Positions 61,387 through 64,000 of a DNA stretch of 64,000 nucleotides are shown piece by piece. This stretch comes from Nitrosopumilaceae archaeon (GTDB taxonomy: Archaea > Thermoproteota > Nitrososphaeria > Nitrososphaerales > Nitrosopumilaceae), in NCBI GenBank assembly GCA_965203465.1, contig CBDBCR010000003.1:384001-448000 (forward strand), written 5' to 3'. The notes beneath the pieces were generated by a model, which did no database searches, was not told the origin of the DNA, and saw only the letters and a program-made list of their open reading frames with translations. Within the stretch, counting starts at the first letter, position 1, and every line of letters begins with the position of its first letter. Both the position numbers and the translations under genes were made by a program.

Positions 61387-62004
61387 CTAGCGGGCCTTTG
61401 AGAACCTGGATTCTACCTCGTCCCAGTTTACGGTGTTCCACCACGCCGCGACGTAGTCGGGGCGCCGGTTCTGGTACTTTAGGTAGTAGGCGTGCTCCCA
61501 CACGTCGCAGCCGAGCAGCGGCACGAGGCCCTCGGTGCGCGGGCTGGTCTGGTTCGGCATCGACTTGTAGGCCACCTTGGAGGAGGACGGATCGTAGACG
61601 AGCCACCCCCACCCGCTACCCTGGATGACGGCGGTAGTCGACGAGAACTTTTCCTTGAACTGGTCGAACCCCCCGAACGCCGACGATATGGCGTCGGCGA
61701 CGGATCCCCCGGGGGCGCCTCCGCCGCCCGGCTTCATCGACTCCCAGAACAGGCGGTGGTTGTCGTAGCCGCCCCCGTTGAAGTTGACCGCGCCCCGGAC
61801 GCCGTCCGGCACGGAGCCGAGCTTGGCGAGCAGCTGCGGCACCTGCAGTTCCTGCAGGTCCGCTGGGCACTTTTCGAGCGCCGCGTTGAGCTTGTCGGTG
61901 TAGGCCTGGTGGTGCTTTGTGTGGTGTATCTCCATGGTGCGCGCGTCTATGTGCGGCTCTAGCGCGTCGTACGCGTACGGCACGGAGGGAAGTTGGTGCT
62001 TCAT
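61387..62004 (-). CDS. sod: Fe/Mn superoxide dismutase
   Basis: ALEPHID, HHTKHH, GSGWGWL and DVWEHAYY motifs. Confidence 0.97.
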   Translation of the reverse strand: MKHQLPSVPYAYDALEPHIDARTMEIHHTKHHQAYTDKLNAALEKCPADLQELQVPQLLAKLGSVPDGVRGAVNFNGGGYDNHRLFWESMKPGGGGAPGGSVADAISSAFGGFDQFKEKFSSTTAVIQGSGWGWLVYDPSSSKVAYKSMPNQTSPRTEGLVPLLGCDVWEHAYYLKYQNRRPDYVAAWWNTVNWDEVESRFSKAR

Positions 62005-62035
62005 TGGCCCGGCCCGGCCCGCTCGCCATTTATTG

Positions 62036-64000
62036 CTATCGAACCGGGCGGCGGCGCCCCGGCCCGCGCGGCTTCCGGGCGGGCGGCCCGGCCCGCCTGA
62101 GCGCGCTGCCCGTGTGCAGGTGCGAGGCGTCCTGGTCCCAGACAAAGTCGTGATCCAGCATCTGGGCGTGCAAGAGCTGCTCTCCGGCCTCGTCGTCCCT
62201 GCCGGACAGGAAGAGCAGGCGCGCCTTTACAAAGTAGGCGTACGCGTACCCCTCGTCCATCCCGACCGCCTTGTCGGCCAGCGCCAGCGCCCTCGCGTAC
62301 CACTCTGTCCCGGCGGCCGGCGCCCCCCTCGCCCGCTCTTCTGCGTGCGCGTTCGAGAGCGACGTGGCCATGTTGGCGTAGGACTGGGGCTGCGGCGCGA
62401 TCTCGGCGGATCTCGCGTAAGAGTCGTACGCCTCCCCGTATCTGTCCAAGTTAGACAGCGCGGTGGCCCTGCCGTAGTGCGCCTCGGCGTCGTCGGGCGC
62501 GATCAGCAGCGCCGCATCGAAGCATTCTAGCGCCCCGCGCGCGTCGTCGGCTGCCAGGAGCGATTCGCCCAGGCGCACGTACGCCTCGGGCGACTCTGGC
62601 AGGGCGCGCGCGGCCTCCCTCAGCACCCGCGCGGATTCGGAGAACCTGCCCATGCCGGCCAGCGCCTCGCCCTTTGCGATGTTGGCCAGCGGATCGCCCG
62701 GCTGGACGCGCAGCGCCCCGTCGGCAGCCCTTAGCGCCTCGGCGCTCCTGCCCTGCTGCAGGTAGATTTTTGCGAGGTTGAGCTTGCCGACCGTCTGCGC
62801 CGAGCCCGCCGAGGACGACTTGCGGTAGCACTCTTCGGCCTCTTTTTTCCTGCCCATCGCGTCGTACACGTTGCCCATGTTGGAGTACGTGGCCGCGCGG
62901 CTGGCGCCCAGCTCTAGGGCCTTGTTGAATTCCTTGATCGACGAGTCAAAGGCGCCAGACATCCCGAGGGCGGTGCCGAATGCCGCGTGCGCGTTCCCGT
63001 AGTCGGGCGCGTCCCTGACCATGGCCCCAAAGTGCGACAGCGCGCCGGCCGCGTTGCCGTCTTTTAGCAGGCGCATCCCCCTCGCGAGCTGGACGCGCAG
63101 CGGATCTTTCGTGCGGTCCGGCGCGCCGGGCCGCTCGCCCCCGTGCTCTGGGTCTAGGCGCGCGGCCGCGCCCCTGTGCTCCTTCGAGTCCATGCCGGCC
63201 ATCTCCAGCAGGCGCGCCTTTACGAAGTGCGCGTGCGCGTGGCCCGGCTGGTTGCCGATGGCCCGGTCGGCCAGGACCAGCGCCTCGGCGTGCCATCCCC
63301 CGATGTCCTGCCCCTCGTGCATGCCGGCGAGCGACGCGGCCATGCCCGCGTACGCGGCAGCGTCCGGCTCCAGCTCCGCCGCTTCGGCGTACGCCCTGTA
63401 GGCTCCGCCGTGATCCCCCAGCTCCGAGAGCGCCAGGCCCCTTTTGTAGCGGGCCTGCGGATCCGACGGATCGGCGCCCGCCGCGTCCCCAAAGCATCGC
63501 GACGCCCCCTCCGCGTCCCCGGCGGCCAGGAGCGCCTCGCCCAGGCGCGCGCGGAGCCTGGCCGGCGCGGCCCCGCCGCGCGCCGCCTCCTCGAGGATGC
63601 GGACGGCCTCTTTGGGCTTGCCGGAGTTGAGCAGCGCCGAGCCTTTGGCGAGCTTTGCCTCTACCGATCCCGGGCGGAGCCGCAGCGCCTCGTCGGCGCT
63701 TTTTTCCGCGTCCGCGTACCTCCCCCAGCTGTCGTGTATGCCGGCCATTTTGACGTGCGCCTCTGCAAGATCCGGCCGCCCGGCCAGCGCCTCGCGGTAG
63801 CACGCCATGGCCTCGTCGTCCATTCCCAGCATGCCGTACGCCTCGCCCATCCCCATGCGCGCGTCGGCCGTCTCGCCCCCCCTCAGCGCCGCCCCGAAGC
63901 TCTCCAGCGCGCCGGCCGCGTCCCCGCGGCGGAGTTTTTCGAGCCCCTCGTCGCGGGCGCCCCGCGCGATCCGCCTCTTGCGCCCCGGCGGCCTTTTGCG
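62036..64000 (-). CDS. Tetratricopeptide repeat protein (5' end likely beyond the window)
   Basis: Many 34-aa TPR units; the frame stays open from ATG 63856 to the window end; two homologous halves each ending ...ALxLADxA...A.FVKARLL. Confidence 0.88.
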   Translation of the reverse strand, partial: RKRPPGRKRRIARGARDEGLEKLRRGDAAGALESFGAALRGGETADARMGMGEAYGMLGMDDEAMACYREALAGRPDLAEAHVKMAGIHDSWGRYADAEKSADEALRLRPGSVEAKLAKGSALLNSGKPKEAVRILEEAARGGAAPARLRARLGEALLAAGDAEGASRCFGDAAGADPSDPQARYKRGLALSELGDHGGAYRAYAEAAELEPDAAAYAGMAASLAGMHEGQDIGGWHAEALVLADRAIGNQPGHAHAHFVKARLLEMAGMDSKEHRGAAARLDPEHGGERPGAPDRTKDPLRVQLARGMRLLKDGNAAGALSHFGAMVRDAPDYGNAHAAFGTALGMSGAFDSSIKEFNKALELGASRAATYSNMGNVYDAMGRKKEAEECYRKSSSAGSAQTVGKLNLAKIYLQQGRSAEALRAADGALRVQPGDPLANIAKGEALAGMGRFSESARVLREAARALPESPEAYVRLGESLLAADDARGALECFDAALLIAPDDAEAHYGRATALSNLDRYGEAYDSYARSAEIAPQPQSYANMATSLSNAHAEERARGAPAAGTEWYARALALADKAVGMDEGYAYAYFVKARLLFLSGRDDEAGEQLLHAQMLDHDFVWDQDASHLHTGSALRRAGPPARKPRGPGRRRPVR

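Overview
GC-rich (roughly two-thirds G+C by eye) archaeal DNA. The housekeeping genes (hisG/hisD, gltX, UPF0147, corA, rdgB, bud32, argF, ftsY with a C-terminal acidic extension, prefoldin alpha, Fe/Mn SOD) point to Nitrososphaerota (Nitrosopumilaceae). High GC plus repeat-rich surface proteins suggests a Cenarchaeum-like, possibly sponge-associated lineage (inference). About half the window is two giant paralogous secreted proteins (6134 aa and 3649 aa). They have shuffled Ig-like stalk modules and different N-terminal heads, and share a ~330-aa C-terminal domain with no transmembrane anchor. Each is preceded by a 12-13 nt poly-G tract just before its start codon, a candidate phase-variation switch. 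Between them lie two thrombospondin type-3 repeat genes, two GT4 glycosyltransferases and a sulfotransferase; a third TSP3 gene lies at 11.4-13.6 kb. Accessory patches contain an IS66-like remnant truncating a tandem duplicate, a candidate ADP-ribosyltransferase, an ABC-ATPase + PD-(D/E)xK pair, a frameshifted ~3-kb pseudogene, an integrase N-terminal fragment and a MITE with perfect 15-bp terminal inverted repeats. No rRNA, tRNA or CRISPR array was recognised. All calls come from motif recognition by eye, without database searches.
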